From contig CBFHXB010000013.1 of NCBI GenBank assembly GCA_965659685.1, forward strand, positions 215-64,214: 64,000 bases of DNA, written 5' to 3'. Every line of letters begins with the position of its first letter. The stretch's first letter is position 1. The notes under the pieces are model-generated. The model searched no databases, was not told the origin of the DNA, and saw nothing but the letters and a program-made list of their open reading frames with translations. The stretch is from Candidatus Poseidoniaceae archaeon (GTDB lineage Archaea > Thermoplasmatota > Poseidoniia > Poseidoniales > Poseidoniaceae). A program made the translations under genes and the position numbers. This document shows positions 38,604-49,034 of the stretch, one piece after another.

Positions 38604-39595
38604 CAGCGTCCACCTCCGCCGACAAGGTGGCCGATGACCGATTCGAGGTCGTCGTCCGGGTTTTCAATCCGGGTCACCTTGAACCCGCCTTCGATGAGCA
38701 GGCTCGGCAAGTGCTGGTGAACGGCGCCCAAGTCGTGGGTGAGGATGTCCACAACGCCCTCGGAGGGAATCATCACGCCGTGGACGTGCTCCATGTCGAT
38801 GACGGCCTTGGCGAGTCGCTTGCCTTCTGAGCATTGGATGAGGATGCGATGCGGGATGCGATCGAGTTGTTCACGGATGCCGTGGACGTTACCGAGGGCG
38901 AGCACTTGGCCGCGGTGAAGCAGGACGATTTGTTCGGTGATCCGCTCGATCTCGCCAAGGATGTGGCTGCTGACCAACACCGTTCGGCCCATTCGACCAA
39001 GTTCACGAACGACGTTCATGATGGTGGTTCTGGCCAGCGGGTCGCATCCGGTGAGCGGCTCGTCGAGCACGATCAGGTCCGGGTCGTTGACCAAGGCATG
39101 GGCGATTTTGACGCGTTGACGCATGCCCTTGGAATACCGACCAATCGGGGTGTGCATGACCTCCTTCAGGTTCACGAAATCGAGGACGCGCTCCGCCTCG
39201 ACCTTGGCTTCGTCGCGCGTGAATCCGTGCAACCGCGCGAAGGTGGTCACGAAATCAAACGACGTCATCCAATCGTGGAGTTTCTCGGATTCGGGCACAA
39301 AGCCGACCCTGCCGTACGGCGTGGGGTCTTCCCATGGGTCGATGCCGAAGAGACGAACCTGACCCGTGGTGGGCTTGCACCGCCCCATGAGGAGGTTGAA
39401 CAGGGTCGATTTCCCGGCCCCGTTTAGGCCCAAAATGCCCGTGACGCCACCTGAAATCGCGAGGTTAATCTGGCTCAGCGCGTGGATGCGACCGTAGGTT
39501 TTCCCGACTTGGTCGAAGACCACGGCGGGCAATTTCTCCGGGACCGGTTGGACCACGGGTTCCGCGGCCGGGCCAACTTGACCGAGATCGGGCAT
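38603..39595 (-). CDS. ABC transporter ATP-binding protein
   Basis: GLNGAGKST, YSKGMRQR, LDEP and SSH. Confidence 0.95.
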   Translation of the reverse strand: MPDLGQVGPAAEPVVQPVPEKLPAVVFDQVGKTYGRIHALSQINLAISGGVTGILGLNGAGKSTLFNLLMGRCKPTTGQVRLFGIDPWEDPTPYGRVGFVPESEKLHDWMTSFDFVTTFARLHGFTRDEAKVEAERVLDFVNLKEVMHTPIGRYSKGMRQRVKIAHALVNDPDLIVLDEPLTGCDPLARTTIMNVVRELGRMGRTVLVSSHILGEIERITEQIVLLHRGQVLALGNVHGIREQLDRIPHRILIQCSEGKRLAKAVIDMEHVHGVMIPSEGVVDILTHDLGAVHQHLPSLLIEGGFKVTRIENPDDDLESVIGHLVGGGGR

Positions 39596-40611
39596 CACTC
39601 TCGGGTCACCTCCATGCTGGCCACCCGGTTGGCCAAAAGGTAGAGCGAAAGGACGTTCATGACCACGACGGACACGAGGGACCACGTCCACGGTAGCTCG
39701 TAGTTCGACTCCGTGCCGACCAAGGCTTGGCCGACGTTGGCCAACGCATCGTAGGGCGACAGCAGGTAAAGCGCGTCCTGCTCAAAGATGAGCGCCACGA
39801 GGAAGGCCACCGATTTTGAGCCGAGGATGAGGGCCAGCAAACCGATGGCCGGAAAGAAGCCGTTCGTGGAGACGCTGGACATGGCCAACCCGAGGGAGGT
39901 GTAGGTGACGACGAGCAGCATGCCGGCGGCGACGGCTCCGAGCAGCAGCGGGAAGGTGTCGACGATCCATGACCATCCACGGCCCATGGCCAGCACCTCG
40001 ACGGTGTAGTAGACCAGCAAGGTGAACACGCAGAGGATGAAGAGGATGGACGCAGCGGCGAGGTACTTCATCGCAACGTAATCGAAACGGGTGATTGGCC
40101 GGCTGAAGTAGAGCGCCGATGTGCCGTTGAGACGGTCTTCGGAAATCATCGTCCCCACGATCAACGCGGTGACCACGGGGTAGTACAGCACGTTGCGAGG
40201 GAAGAAGCCCAACACGTGCGCATAGAGGCTGTCCCTGCTGACCATGAAGACCTGCCCGAGGCCCTCGCCGAAGAGCGAGCCGAGCAGGACGGGGAAAATG
40301 TCGCCCACCGAACCGATCAGAACGAGCACGAGGTAGACGCGAATGAGGATTGGCCACGGCCGATGCCCGCTGCGCACCAAGCCCAGCATGTGATGCCGGT
40401 AGACCGCCCAATTCCTCGCCCAGCGCGGGTTCAGGGTGCCCGTCCAAGGGAGGTAGGTTTGGGTGAAGACCTGTCCGGTGGATCCAGATTTTGCCACGCT
40501 GGCCTGTCCATGATCTTCCGCCGTGTACGCGGCTTCGATGCGCGAGGCCCCGGTCACAGGCGAGGCCTCGTCGAAACGAACCTCATTGTCCTCGACGGGA
40601 GTTTCGCTCAT
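39595..40611 (-). CDS. ABC-2 type transporter permease
   Basis: ISEDRLNGTSALYFSRPITRFDYVAMK and 6 TMs. Confidence 0.9.
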   Translation of the reverse strand: MSETPVEDNEVRFDEASPVTGASRIEAAYTAEDHGQASVAKSGSTGQVFTQTYLPWTGTLNPRWARNWAVYRHHMLGLVRSGHRPWPILIRVYLVLVLIGSVGDIFPVLLGSLFGEGLGQVFMVSRDSLYAHVLGFFPRNVLYYPVVTALIVGTMISEDRLNGTSALYFSRPITRFDYVAMKYLAAASILFILCVFTLLVYYTVEVLAMGRGWSWIVDTFPLLLGAVAAGMLLVVTYTSLGLAMSSVSTNGFFPAIGLLALILGSKSVAFLVALIFEQDALYLLSPYDALANVGQALVGTESNYELPWTWSLVSVVVMNVLSLYLLANRVASMEVTRE

Positions 40612-41582
40612 CGTGGCGCACCCCCGGCCAGCAGGTCCTCGCTCGATTTCACGTCATGACCGAGCCGCTCCATGATGGCGATGAACAGGTCCTCCAAGGA
40701 GGCCTCGTAGGTGTGCAAACGGCGCACTTGAGCACCGGTCGCGGCGGCGACTTCGAGGACTTCACGCGGCAGGTCGTCGCGGTCGTCGGCGACCCGCATC
40801 ACGCGGCCTTGGCGACGCACGCGCAAGCCTCGGTCGAGCAAGCCACGCTCCATCGCTTCGGCCGCGCCCCAGACGTGCACCTCGTATTCTCGGTCGATGG
40901 CCTTCAGATCCTCGATGCGCCCCTCGGCCACCAAACGCCCCTTGTGGAGAAGGACGATGCGTTCGCATACCTGCTCCACGTCGTCCATCAAGTGCGAGGC
41001 CATGAGGACGCTCCGCTGACCGTTGCGCACCGTGGTGTCCAAGGTTTGGAGCATGAAATCGCGTGCTGCCGCATCAAGTCCGTTGGAGGGTTCGTCGGCG
41101 ATGATCATCTCCGGGTCATGGACGATGGCGCACGCCAATTTTGTGGCTTGCCTCATGCCGGTGGAATACCCGTCGATCTGACGGTAGCGTTGCTCTCCAA
41201 GCCCCACGTACTCGAGGCATTGGTGGGCGCGCTGCATGGCAATCACGGGGTTCATGCCAAGCAATTCGCCTGCATAGCGGACTTGGTGAATCCCGTCCAT
41301 CCTCGGGTCAAGGGCTTCGTATTCGGGCATGTAGCCGATCCGTTGTCGAATGCTCGGGCCTTCGGTTCGGATGTCATGACCGAGCACGCTGCCTTCGCCG
41401 GAGGTCACCTGAATGAGGCCGAGCAAGGTCTTCAGCAAGGTGGATTTTCCTGCTCCGTTTGCCCCGAGGAGGCCGGTCGCGCCCGCCTCGATGCGCAAAT
41501 CGAGCGCGTCCAGCGCGGTGTGTTCTCCGTAGGCTTTCGTCAGCGCCTTCGTGTGCACGATGGGTGCACGCGCTTCGACCAT
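40608..41582 (-). CDS. ABC transporter ATP-binding protein
   Basis: GANGAGKST, YSTGMRQ, ADEP and ASH. Confidence 0.95.
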   Translation of the reverse strand: MVEARAPIVHTKALTKAYGEHTALDALDLRIEAGATGLLGANGAGKSTLLKTLLGLIQVTSGEGSVLGHDIRTEGPSIRQRIGYMPEYEALDPRMDGIHQVRYAGELLGMNPVIAMQRAHQCLEYVGLGEQRYRQIDGYSTGMRQATKLACAIVHDPEMIIADEPSNGLDAAARDFMLQTLDTTVRNGQRSVLMASHLMDDVEQVCERIVLLHKGRLVAEGRIEDLKAIDREYEVHVWGAAEAMERGLLDRGLRVRRQGRVMRVADDRDDLPREVLEVAAATGAQVRRLHTYEASLEDLFIAIMERLGHDVKSSEDLLAGGAPR

Positions 41583-41629
41583 GCAGCAACACGGTGAGGG
41601 AGGCCTTTCAATCCGACCCCGTATCGGGC

Positions 41630-43825
41630 TCAAGACGTGGAAAGCAAGCCGCCACGAACGCGGACGGCGATGCCCTTCTCCATCGCCATGGCTTCCTCGG
41701 GCATGCACTGCGCGACGCCGTGCGCGATGAGGGAGCCATCGGGTGCGAGCACGAGGCACGAGGCCCCTGGCCTGAGGTGGTCCGATGCCTCCAGGATGAA
41801 CCCGTGCATCACGTTTCGACCTGCACCGACGAAGGGCACGGCGTCTTCGACGACGGTGATCGTGGCGGGGGCGTGCTTGGGCACAAGATCGAGGTCATGC
41901 AGCACCTTGGCGCCTTCGTCCGTCAAAGAAAGACCGCCGTCGTTGAGGCGCGGGGAAAGGACGTGCCGTCCCTCGCTGTCCTTCACGTTCCGGATGCGAC
42001 CGGTGCTGCTCATCACAAAGGTGGCTTCGCCCACAAAAGCCGTCGCGACCGAACGTTCGAGGTTCAATTCGAGCATGCTTTTGTCGACCGCTTGGGCACG
42101 GCGGAGGTCCATGTCGACGGTGGAAAGGGACGGATCGTCGGCGTCCTTGCGTGGGTTGAGTCCCGCACCCTCCAACGCCGCGTCAAAGGCTTCGCCAACG
42201 CTGTCCGACCGGAGGTTGACGCTACCGAACGCACGCCCATCAAGGTGCAAACGAGACAATTCACGGCGCACCCAGGCATGGTCCAACGGCCGCTTCCAAA
42301 GCCATTCAGGCCCTTCGACGTGAGCGAAGGGTTGCAGGTCTTCGAAGGACCACGGCACCAGCCCGATCGGCGTGAGGACGAGCACCTCAAGCGACGGATT
42401 CGAGGCTTTGGCTCGAACGACGTGCGTCCCCACACGGTCGCGCCATGGACCGGGGGCACCGTGCACGATCAGCATCGGGCCCTCCTTGGACGCAGGACGC
42501 CAATGCCTGTGCAAACGACGGCGGGACGCCACCACGGCAGGACGCACGAAGGTGTCGTCGCCGGCCCAGCGCAAGGCACCTTGGCCGGGTGTGGCTTGGG
42601 AGTTGACCACCCAATCCCATGCTTTCTCCCACCGACCGCGGGCGGGTGACGTGTCCGCGGCCGCGGCCCGGTCGTTCATGAGCAAATGTTCGGTGGCGGG
42701 AATGGGTGAAGAGCCACGAGCGGGTGACGTCGTCAGCCACAGAAAGGCTTCCCGAAGGGCAGGGTGCGCATGGCTACGGCGTTCGGCACGCTCCCAGATG
42801 CGACCGTCGTGGACGGCTTGTCGGCACGCGGCAAGTTCGGCGAGCGTCACTTCGAGGTTGTACCGCGAGAGCATCTCCATCCGCGCCTCCTTGTCCATCT
42901 TCCGAACCTCCTCAGGCGTCAATTGCGCCACGCACGGCATCAACAACGGCCACTCCCGAAGGTCGCTCAGGTGGACGGTCCCCGTGGGGGTCAACATCCG
43001 TCCATCACGGGCAAACAGCGCGTAGGCGGCGGAATCGAAGAGATCGGCGCCGAGGGCGATGAGCATGGGGAACAGCATCGGATGGCCGCAGCCAAACATG
43101 TGAACGGGGCGCTGTGGGGGCAATTCCGGAATGGAAGCCAACATGATCTTCGCCAAGTCGGTGTAGCGCTGCTGTTCCATCACAGGGACGATGCCCCCGA
43201 TGGGGTGAACGCTGAAGCCGTGGGCCCCCATCGATTGCGCACTTTCACGTCGAAGGTCGGGGTGCAGGCCGCCTTGAATGGGGCCGTTGAGCATCGTCGA
43301 GCCGGCCGAGGCAAGGCTCGCTTCGGCACGGTCTGCGGTCTCTTTGACCGCTTCTTGCACCTGGTCCCGGGTCATGTCGGGGCGGGTGAAGACGTCGAGC
43401 ATGGTGGCGACGTCCACGCCGATGTCACGTTGGAAGGCGACGATCTCCTCGACCCCGACCTCGACGTCACCGTACACGTAGGCTTGGAAGGTGCCGGAAT
43501 CGGTCATGATGGCTCCTGGGTAATCGAGCAAGTCATGCACGCCGTGTTCCAGCGCATGGCTTCGAAGGCGGTCGTGTTTCCAGATGATGTAGCTGTTCGT
43601 GATGAGCATCTCGATGCCGTACCGGTCCCACATTTCCCTGGGTTCGATGGTGCGGAGGTTCGGATTGATGACCGGGAGCAAGGTCGGCGTGGTGACCGTC
43701 CCGTGGGCGGTGGAAAGGGCGCCGACACGCGCTCGGCCGTCACGTGTTTTGACCTCAAATCGGCCGACGTGCGCTTCACGGGCGGGTTCGGGTGAAGCCC
43801 GAGGCTGATCTTGCCATGCCGCCAT
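41630..43825 (-). CDS. tgtA: archaeosine tRNA-guanine(15) transglycosylase with PUA domain
   Basis: TPTLLPVINP, ITNSYI, MTDSGTFQ, HMFGCGHP, DLFDSAAY and a C-terminal PUA (VPFVGAGRNV...GIAVRVR). Confidence 0.95.
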   Translation of the reverse strand: MAAWQDQPRASPEPAREAHVGRFEVKTRDGRARVGALSTAHGTVTTPTLLPVINPNLRTIEPREMWDRYGIEMLITNSYIIWKHDRLRSHALEHGVHDLLDYPGAIMTDSGTFQAYVYGDVEVGVEEIVAFQRDIGVDVATMLDVFTRPDMTRDQVQEAVKETADRAEASLASAGSTMLNGPIQGGLHPDLRRESAQSMGAHGFSVHPIGGIVPVMEQQRYTDLAKIMLASIPELPPQRPVHMFGCGHPMLFPMLIALGADLFDSAAYALFARDGRMLTPTGTVHLSDLREWPLLMPCVAQLTPEEVRKMDKEARMEMLSRYNLEVTLAELAACRQAVHDGRIWERAERRSHAHPALREAFLWLTTSPARGSSPIPATEHLLMNDRAAAADTSPARGRWEKAWDWVVNSQATPGQGALRWAGDDTFVRPAVVASRRRLHRHWRPASKEGPMLIVHGAPGPWRDRVGTHVVRAKASNPSLEVLVLTPIGLVPWSFEDLQPFAHVEGPEWLWKRPLDHAWVRRELSRLHLDGRAFGSVNLRSDSVGEAFDAALEGAGLNPRKDADDPSLSTVDMDLRRAQAVDKSMLELNLERSVATAFVGEATFVMSSTGRIRNVKDSEGRHVLSPRLNDGGLSLTDEGAKVLHDLDLVPKHAPATITVVEDAVPFVGAGRNVMHGFILEASDHLRPGASCLVLAPDGSLIAHGVAQCMPEEAMAMEKGIAVRVRGGLLSTS

Positions 43826-43849
43826 GGTCTGCCCAAAGCGCCTTGGCCT

Positions 43850-44527
43850 TCAATGCGTCCCATCGCTACGAAGACCAAGGCGGGCCGCCAAACGTCGGTG
43901 AGCGGTGCTCTCCACCGCACCCAAGTGGCCGCTGATGGTTGCCCTTGACACGCCGATTTCGTGCGCCACGTCGGCGAGCGTGCACTTCCGTGGACGGTCG
44001 TAATACCCAAGCCGCCAAGCCGTCGAAAAGGCCTTCATTTGATGCTCGGTCAATCCAGCAAAGTCGTCTTGCTGCTGCTCCGTGAGTTGGACGACGGAGA
44101 CCGTCCCGTTCGGATTCCATGATTGAAAACCCTTCACCATGGCACTGCATCCTGCCGGAGTGCCTCGAATGATGACCGTGGCACCCGAGATGCCGATGGA
44201 TGACCCTGGGGCGACCACGGCATTCCAGATGTCGCGACCCATCCGAAGCAGACTGTGTGAATTCTGCACAAGCGCCGTCAATCGAACGCGTCCTCCGACG
44301 ACCTCTTCGCCAATGACTTCGATCAATTTGAACCAAGGGACAAGGTCAACGTCCTCGACGGTCATGTCGTCAGCGAGGGTCAATTGGAGCACATAGACGA
44401 TGGTGTTCTGTTCGTGGTGCCTGCTGACGCTCGCCATCAAGACGGCTTCTTCGCAGATGGCCGTTTGTTGGCTGAACTCGGAGTTCGCGATGGCATGCGC
44501 CGGATAGCGCAACCGAACTTCCTTCAT
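43850..44527 (-). CDS. HTH_10 (bacterio-opsin activator-type) transcription regulator
   Basis: LTEHQ..AFSTAWRLGYYDRPRKCTLADVAHEIGVSRATISGHL. Confidence 0.9.
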   Translation of the reverse strand: MKEVRLRYPAHAIANSEFSQQTAICEEAVLMASVSRHHEQNTIVYVLQLTLADDMTVEDVDLVPWFKLIEVIGEEVVGGRVRLTALVQNSHSLLRMGRDIWNAVVAPGSSIGISGATVIIRGTPAGCSAMVKGFQSWNPNGTVSVVQLTEQQQDDFAGLTEHQMKAFSTAWRLGYYDRPRKCTLADVAHEIGVSRATISGHLGAVESTAHRRLAARLGLRSDGTH

Positions 44528-44572
44528 CAGAACCTTGCCTGAACCCTCACGTTTGGAGTTAACCCAGGAGGG

Positions 44573-45232
44573 TCATTCGCCGATCCAATCGAGCAAACGG
44601 CGGTGTGCGATGCGGTCAACTTCACGCAGGTGACCGCTGATGGTGGCGTTTGACACACCTGCTGCCTTGGCGATGTCGCTGAGTGCACACCCGCGCGGGA
44701 CGTCGAAGTAACCCATGGACCAAGCCATCCTGGCCGCTTCGACTTGTTGGGGCGTCAAGCCCGCATCGGTGTCATGATCTGCATCGCCCGAGCGAACGAC
44801 GGCCACGGTGCATCGGTCGTTCCAGAGCCGAAACGCGGCCACCAAGGCCTGACAACCGTCGCTGGAACCTCGAACGACGATCTCCGCGCCGCGCCGACCG
44901 ATGCGCGTGCCGGGACTGATGATGGCGTCTGGAACCTCCAAGGGGATGGTCACCAAGGGGTGCGTGAATCGAACAATGGCGTACATGGCATCCCCGTCGG
45001 CGGTGGGTTCGGTTCGAACGATTTCTTCGATGGCCAACCATGGAATCTCGTTGATGTGGTCGGTCGTCGATCCATCGGCAAGGCGAAGGCGCACCATGAC
45101 CGTCACGGCATCGTTGGCGTCCGAGCGGCCCAACGTGTTGAGGAGTTCGAATTCTTCGATGCGTTCCAGTTGTTGCTGAAACTCGGTGCCAAGAAGCACA
45201 TCGCTGCCGTAGCGAAGGCGAATTTCTCTCAT
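44573..45232 (-). CDS. HTH_10 (bacterio-opsin activator-type) transcription regulator, paralog
   Basis: LTPQQ..AARMAWSMGYFDVPRGCALSDIAKAAGVSNATISGHL. Confidence 0.9.
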   Translation of the reverse strand: MREIRLRYGSDVLLGTEFQQQLERIEEFELLNTLGRSDANDAVTVMVRLRLADGSTTDHINEIPWLAIEEIVRTEPTADGDAMYAIVRFTHPLVTIPLEVPDAIISPGTRIGRRGAEIVVRGSSDGCQALVAAFRLWNDRCTVAVVRSGDADHDTDAGLTPQQVEAARMAWSMGYFDVPRGCALSDIAKAAGVSNATISGHLREVDRIAHRRLLDWIGE

Positions 45233-45696
45233 GCTTGAGCCTCCACACTCACGAATTCGACCTCGCCATGTGCGAGGATGAAGTCTCGTCCAAGGTCGTC
45301 GAAACTGTCCAAAAGGACCGCATCAAAGCGAATACGAGCGACCTCCGCATCCGCCTCAAGATCGCTCTTGATGCCCTGAAGCGTGCCCGGGGCAGCGCCA
45401 CACGAGACGCATGCCCCGGTCAAATCCAACACAAGGTCGAGGCCTGCCTGGGACGCATCCACCCGGGTGGCCTTGATGCCGCCTCCATGACCGTCGAGCG
45501 CGGCACGGACTGAACCGAGGCGGGACAAGAGTGCAGGAACGAGGTGCTGCGTGCCCACGGCGTCGGCGAGTGGAAGGTTGCGAAGGCGCTCTTCCTCCTC
45601 TTGGTCGAGGGAGGCGTCCAAGCGTTTTGCCGCCTCTTGTTCCATGGACGCTTTGGCTTGAGCGGCGTACATGGCAACAAGGTCCTCGGCGCTCAT
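45229..45696 (-). CDS. NifU/Nfu-type Fe-S carrier
   Basis: VRAALDGHGGGI...LTGACVSCGAAPGTL. Confidence 0.9.
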   Translation of the reverse strand: MSAEDLVAMYAAQAKASMEQEAAKRLDASLDQEEEERLRNLPLADAVGTQHLVPALLSRLGSVRAALDGHGGGIKATRVDASQAGLDLVLDLTGACVSCGAAPGTLQGIKSDLEADAEVARIRFDAVLLDSFDDLGRDFILAHGEVEFVSVEAQA

Positions 45697-45789
45697 AATG
45701 AGCGCAGTCCCGGTTCACCTTTGAAGGCGCGGCCGATGTGGGTCTGATGAAACCATCCGCTTCATAAGACCGGGCAGGAAGCAACCCTC

Positions 45790-46533
45790 ATGGCCGCCGG
45801 ACTGCTCGACGTTCAGGGGCTCCGTGCCACCGTGGAGGACACCGAAATCCTCCGAGGCGTGGACCTGTCCATCCAACCGGGCGAAATTCACGCCATCATG
45901 GGCCTCAACGGCGCTGGAAAGTCCACCCTTGCCTCCGTGATCATGGGCCACCCTGCCTACGACATCACGGCCGGAAGCATGCAGTACGACGGCGAAGACC
46001 TGACCGAACTTGAGGTTCACGAGCGGGCCCGGGCTGGCCTTTTCATGTCCTTCCAATACCCTTCCTCCATCCCAGGCGTTCAAGTGGGTACCTTCCTCCG
46101 GAAGTCCGTCGCTGCCGTGCGAGGAGAGGCCCCCAAGGCCAGGGAATTCCGGAAGGAACTTCAAGCCGCGATGGAGGTCCTGAACATGGACCGCTCCTTC
46201 CTCAGCCGATACGTTAACGACGGCTTCAGCGGCGGCGAAAAGAAGCGCCTCGAAATCCTTCAGATGCTCCTTCTCCAGCCACGGATGGCCTTGCTCGACG
46301 AAACCGATTCTGGTTTGGACATCGACGCCCTCAAGGCGGTGGCTCAAGGGATCAACAGCCTCTCCAAAGAAAGCGGCGTGCTCCTCATCACCCACTACAA
46401 CCGTCTGCTTGAGTTGGTGGTTCCCAACATGGTCCACGTCATGATCGACGGACGCATCGTGCAGAGCGGTGGTCCTGAACTCGCCCAACGCCTCGAGGCA
46501 GACGGTTACGAATGGTTGACGCCAACGGCATGA
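45790..46533 (+). CDS. sufC: Fe-S assembly ATPase SufC
   Basis: GLNGAGKST, FQYP, GFSGGEKKR, LDETDSGLDIDA and ITHY. Confidence 0.97.
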   Translation: MAAGLLDVQGLRATVEDTEILRGVDLSIQPGEIHAIMGLNGAGKSTLASVIMGHPAYDITAGSMQYDGEDLTELEVHERARAGLFMSFQYPSSIPGVQVGTFLRKSVAAVRGEAPKAREFRKELQAAMEVLNMDRSFLSRYVNDGFSGGEKKRLEILQMLLLQPRMALLDETDSGLDIDALKAVAQGINSLSKESGVLLITHYNRLLELVVPNMVHVMIDGRIVQSGGPELAQRLEADGYEWLTPTA

Positions 46534-46542
46534 GGTGATTGG

Positions 46543-47949
46543 ATGAGCAAGGAAGCACGTGACGCAGTCGGCGAATACCGCTACGGGTTCCACGACCCGG
46601 AGGTGGCGACCATCCGTTTCGACAAAGGACTCAGCGAACAGGTCGTGCGCGACATCTCCGCCCTCAAAGACGAGCCAGAATGGATGACGGACCTCCGCGT
46701 GAAGGCCTACCACCACTTCGTGGATCGACCGATGCCCGATTGGGGCAACGAAGCCTTGCTGAACAGCATCGATTTCGACGCCGTGACGTATTTCCTTCGA
46801 TCTTCAGAAGGGACCGAGGGCAATTGGGACGACGTTCCAGAGGACATCAAGCGCACCTTCGACCGACTCGGCATCCCTGATGCCGAACAAAAGTGGCTAG
46901 GTGGCGTGACCGCACAATACGAATCCGAAGCGGTCTACCACAGCATCCGCGAGGACCTCGAAGAACAGGGCGTCCTGTTCCTCGACATGGACTCTGGCCT
47001 TCGAACGCACCCCGAATTGGTGAAGCGCTTCTTCAACACCGTCGTGCCTTACACGGACAACAAATTCAGCGCCCTCAACACCGCGGTCTGGTCCGGTGGC
47101 TCGTTCATTTACGTGCCCAAGGGCGTTCACGTGGAGATGCCGGTCCAGGCTTACTTCCGCATCAACGCCAAGAACATGGGTCAGTTCGAGCGAACGCTCA
47201 TCATCGCGGACGAAGGGTCCTCCATCCACTACGTCGAAGGCTGCACTGCTCCGACCTACTCCACCGACTCCTTGCACTCCGCCGTCGTTGAACTCGTGGC
47301 CATGGAAGGCGCGAAGATCCGCTACTCCACCATCCAAAATTGGTCCTCCAACGTCTACAACCTCGTGACAAAGCGCGGCGTGGCACACGCCAACGCCACC
47401 GTGGAATGGGTGGACGGCAACATCGGCTCGAAATTGACGATGAAGTATCCCGCCGTCCTGCTCAAGGGCGAAGGTGCCCATGCGGAAATCATCTCGGTGG
47501 CCTACGCCGGCGAAGGCCAGCACCAAGATGCTGGCTCGAAGGTCCACCACCTCGCCCCCAACACCACGTCCAACATCTTGTCCAAGTCGATCTCAAAGAA
47601 CGGCGGACGGTCCACCTACCGTGGCATGTTGCAGGTCCGCCCGAAGGCGGAAGGCTGCCGGTCCAAGGTCGTCTGCGATGCCCTGATGCTCGACGCCGAC
47701 AGCCGCAGCGACACGTACCCCACGATGGAAGTCGGCAACGCGTCCGCCGACCTGGAGCACGAAGCCTCCGTCTCGAAAATCGCCGGCGACCAGCTCTTCT
47801 ACCTGATGAGCCGGGGCCACTCCGAAGCCGAAGCCATGGGCCTCATCGTCAACGGTTTCTTCGAGCCGTTCACCCGTGAACTGCCGATGGAATACGCCTC
47901 TGAGTTGAACAAGCTCTTGGAGATCGAGATGGAGGGAGCCATCGGATGA
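46543..47949 (+). CDS. sufB: Fe-S assembly protein SufB
   Basis: [33 protein letters not shown] and FYLMSRG. Confidence 0.97.
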   Translation: MSKEARDAVGEYRYGFHDPEVATIRFDKGLSEQVVRDISALKDEPEWMTDLRVKAYHHFVDRPMPDWGNEALLNSIDFDAVTYFLRSSEGTEGNWDDVPEDIKRTFDRLGIPDAEQKWLGGVTAQYESEAVYHSIREDLEEQGVLFLDMDSGLRTHPELVKRFFNTVVPYTDNKFSALNTAVWSGGSFIYVPKGVHVEMPVQAYFRINAKNMGQFERTLIIADEGSSIHYVEGCTAPTYSTDSLHSAVVELVAMEGAKIRYSTIQNWSSNVYNLVTKRGVAHANATVEWVDGNIGSKLTMKYPAVLLKGEGAHAEIISVAYAGEGQHQDAGSKVHHLAPNTTSNILSKSISKNGGRSTYRGMLQVRPKAEGCRSKVVCDALMLDADSRSDTYPTMEVGNASADLEHEASVSKIAGDQLFYLMSRGHSEAEAMGLIVNGFFEPFTRELPMEYASELNKLLEIEMEGAIG

Positions 47950-49025
47950 CCACCGCGATGGAGGACCCCTCCAGCGCGGTCCATCTCTGGCGCTCCACGC
48001 CGTGGGCATGGATGAAGCCTGACGATGCGGAAAGCACGGCCATTCGCATGGTGCTCCACGACATCGAAGGTGCCGCCACCGCGGTTCTGAGTGAAGGAAG
48101 CCCTGATCTTTTTCCCGTGATCGTTGACGGCCCCGAAACCACCCTGCCCGACGTGGACGACGTCGTCCGCCACACCCTGGCCAACCTCGATGCTCGCCCC
48201 ATGCGGTTGGACATCGACGGCACCCATGAAGGCGTGATCAACCTCGACCTCCGTGCTGCCGGCCACGTGGCCGTGGGTCGGCTCCACATCGCCTGCAAGG
48301 GCCAAGCCGTCGTCCACCTCCACGTGTCTGGAGACGCCGGCTGGTGCGGCCTCCACCTCACCGGTCAGGTGGCGAACGGAAGCATGCTCAGCGTGGCCGT
48401 CACCGACGAATTGCACCTTGAATCATGCGTGGTCCGGTGCGACGATTGGCGGGTCGGACGCGACGCCACCTTCGAGACTGGAACCTTGTCCGTGGGTGGA
48501 TTCCGACGAAAATCTGACCTTCGCCATCACCTCGATGCAACCGGTGGCAACGTCCGAATCGGCTTGGGCGTTCACGGCCAAGGCAGCCGCCATGACGACC
48601 ATCACGTGGAGATTCACCACCATGCCGGACACACGAATTCCTCCCTTGTGGCCAACGTGGCCTGCGGCGGCCGCAGCCGAAGCGTCGGCACCGGGCGCTT
48701 GGTCATCGACGCGGGTGCCGACGGCACCGATGCCGGTCAAGTCTTCCGCAACCTGCTGCTGAGCCAAGGCGCCCGTGCCGACGCCATCCCCGAACTCGAA
48801 GTGCTGGCCGACGACGTGTCGGCCGCACACGGTGCCGCGAGCGCCAGCATTGACGACGACCAACTTCACTACCTGATGAGCCGAGGTCTCGATCACGACG
48901 AAGCCTCGGACATGATCGTCGAGGGCTTCCTCGCCGACGCTTTTCGCCCCCTTTCCGCAGCGGACGCACGGCGAGCGCTCCGGGACCGTCTGACCGTGCA
49001 CCTTGACTGCGCCCGAATCACCTGA
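47946..49025 (+). CDS. sufD: Fe-S assembly protein SufD
   Basis: [21 protein letters not shown] and YLMSRG. Confidence 0.92.
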   Translation: MTTAMEDPSSAVHLWRSTPWAWMKPDDAESTAIRMVLHDIEGAATAVLSEGSPDLFPVIVDGPETTLPDVDDVVRHTLANLDARPMRLDIDGTHEGVINLDLRAAGHVAVGRLHIACKGQAVVHLHVSGDAGWCGLHLTGQVANGSMLSVAVTDELHLESCVVRCDDWRVGRDATFETGTLSVGGFRRKSDLRHHLDATGGNVRIGLGVHGQGSRHDDHHVEIHHHAGHTNSSLVANVACGGRSRSVGTGRLVIDAGADGTDAGQVFRNLLLSQGARADAIPELEVLADDVSAAHGAASASIDDDQLHYLMSRGLDHDEASDMIVEGFLADAFRPLSAADARRALRDRLTVHLDCARIT

Positions 49026-49034
49026 GGTCATCGA

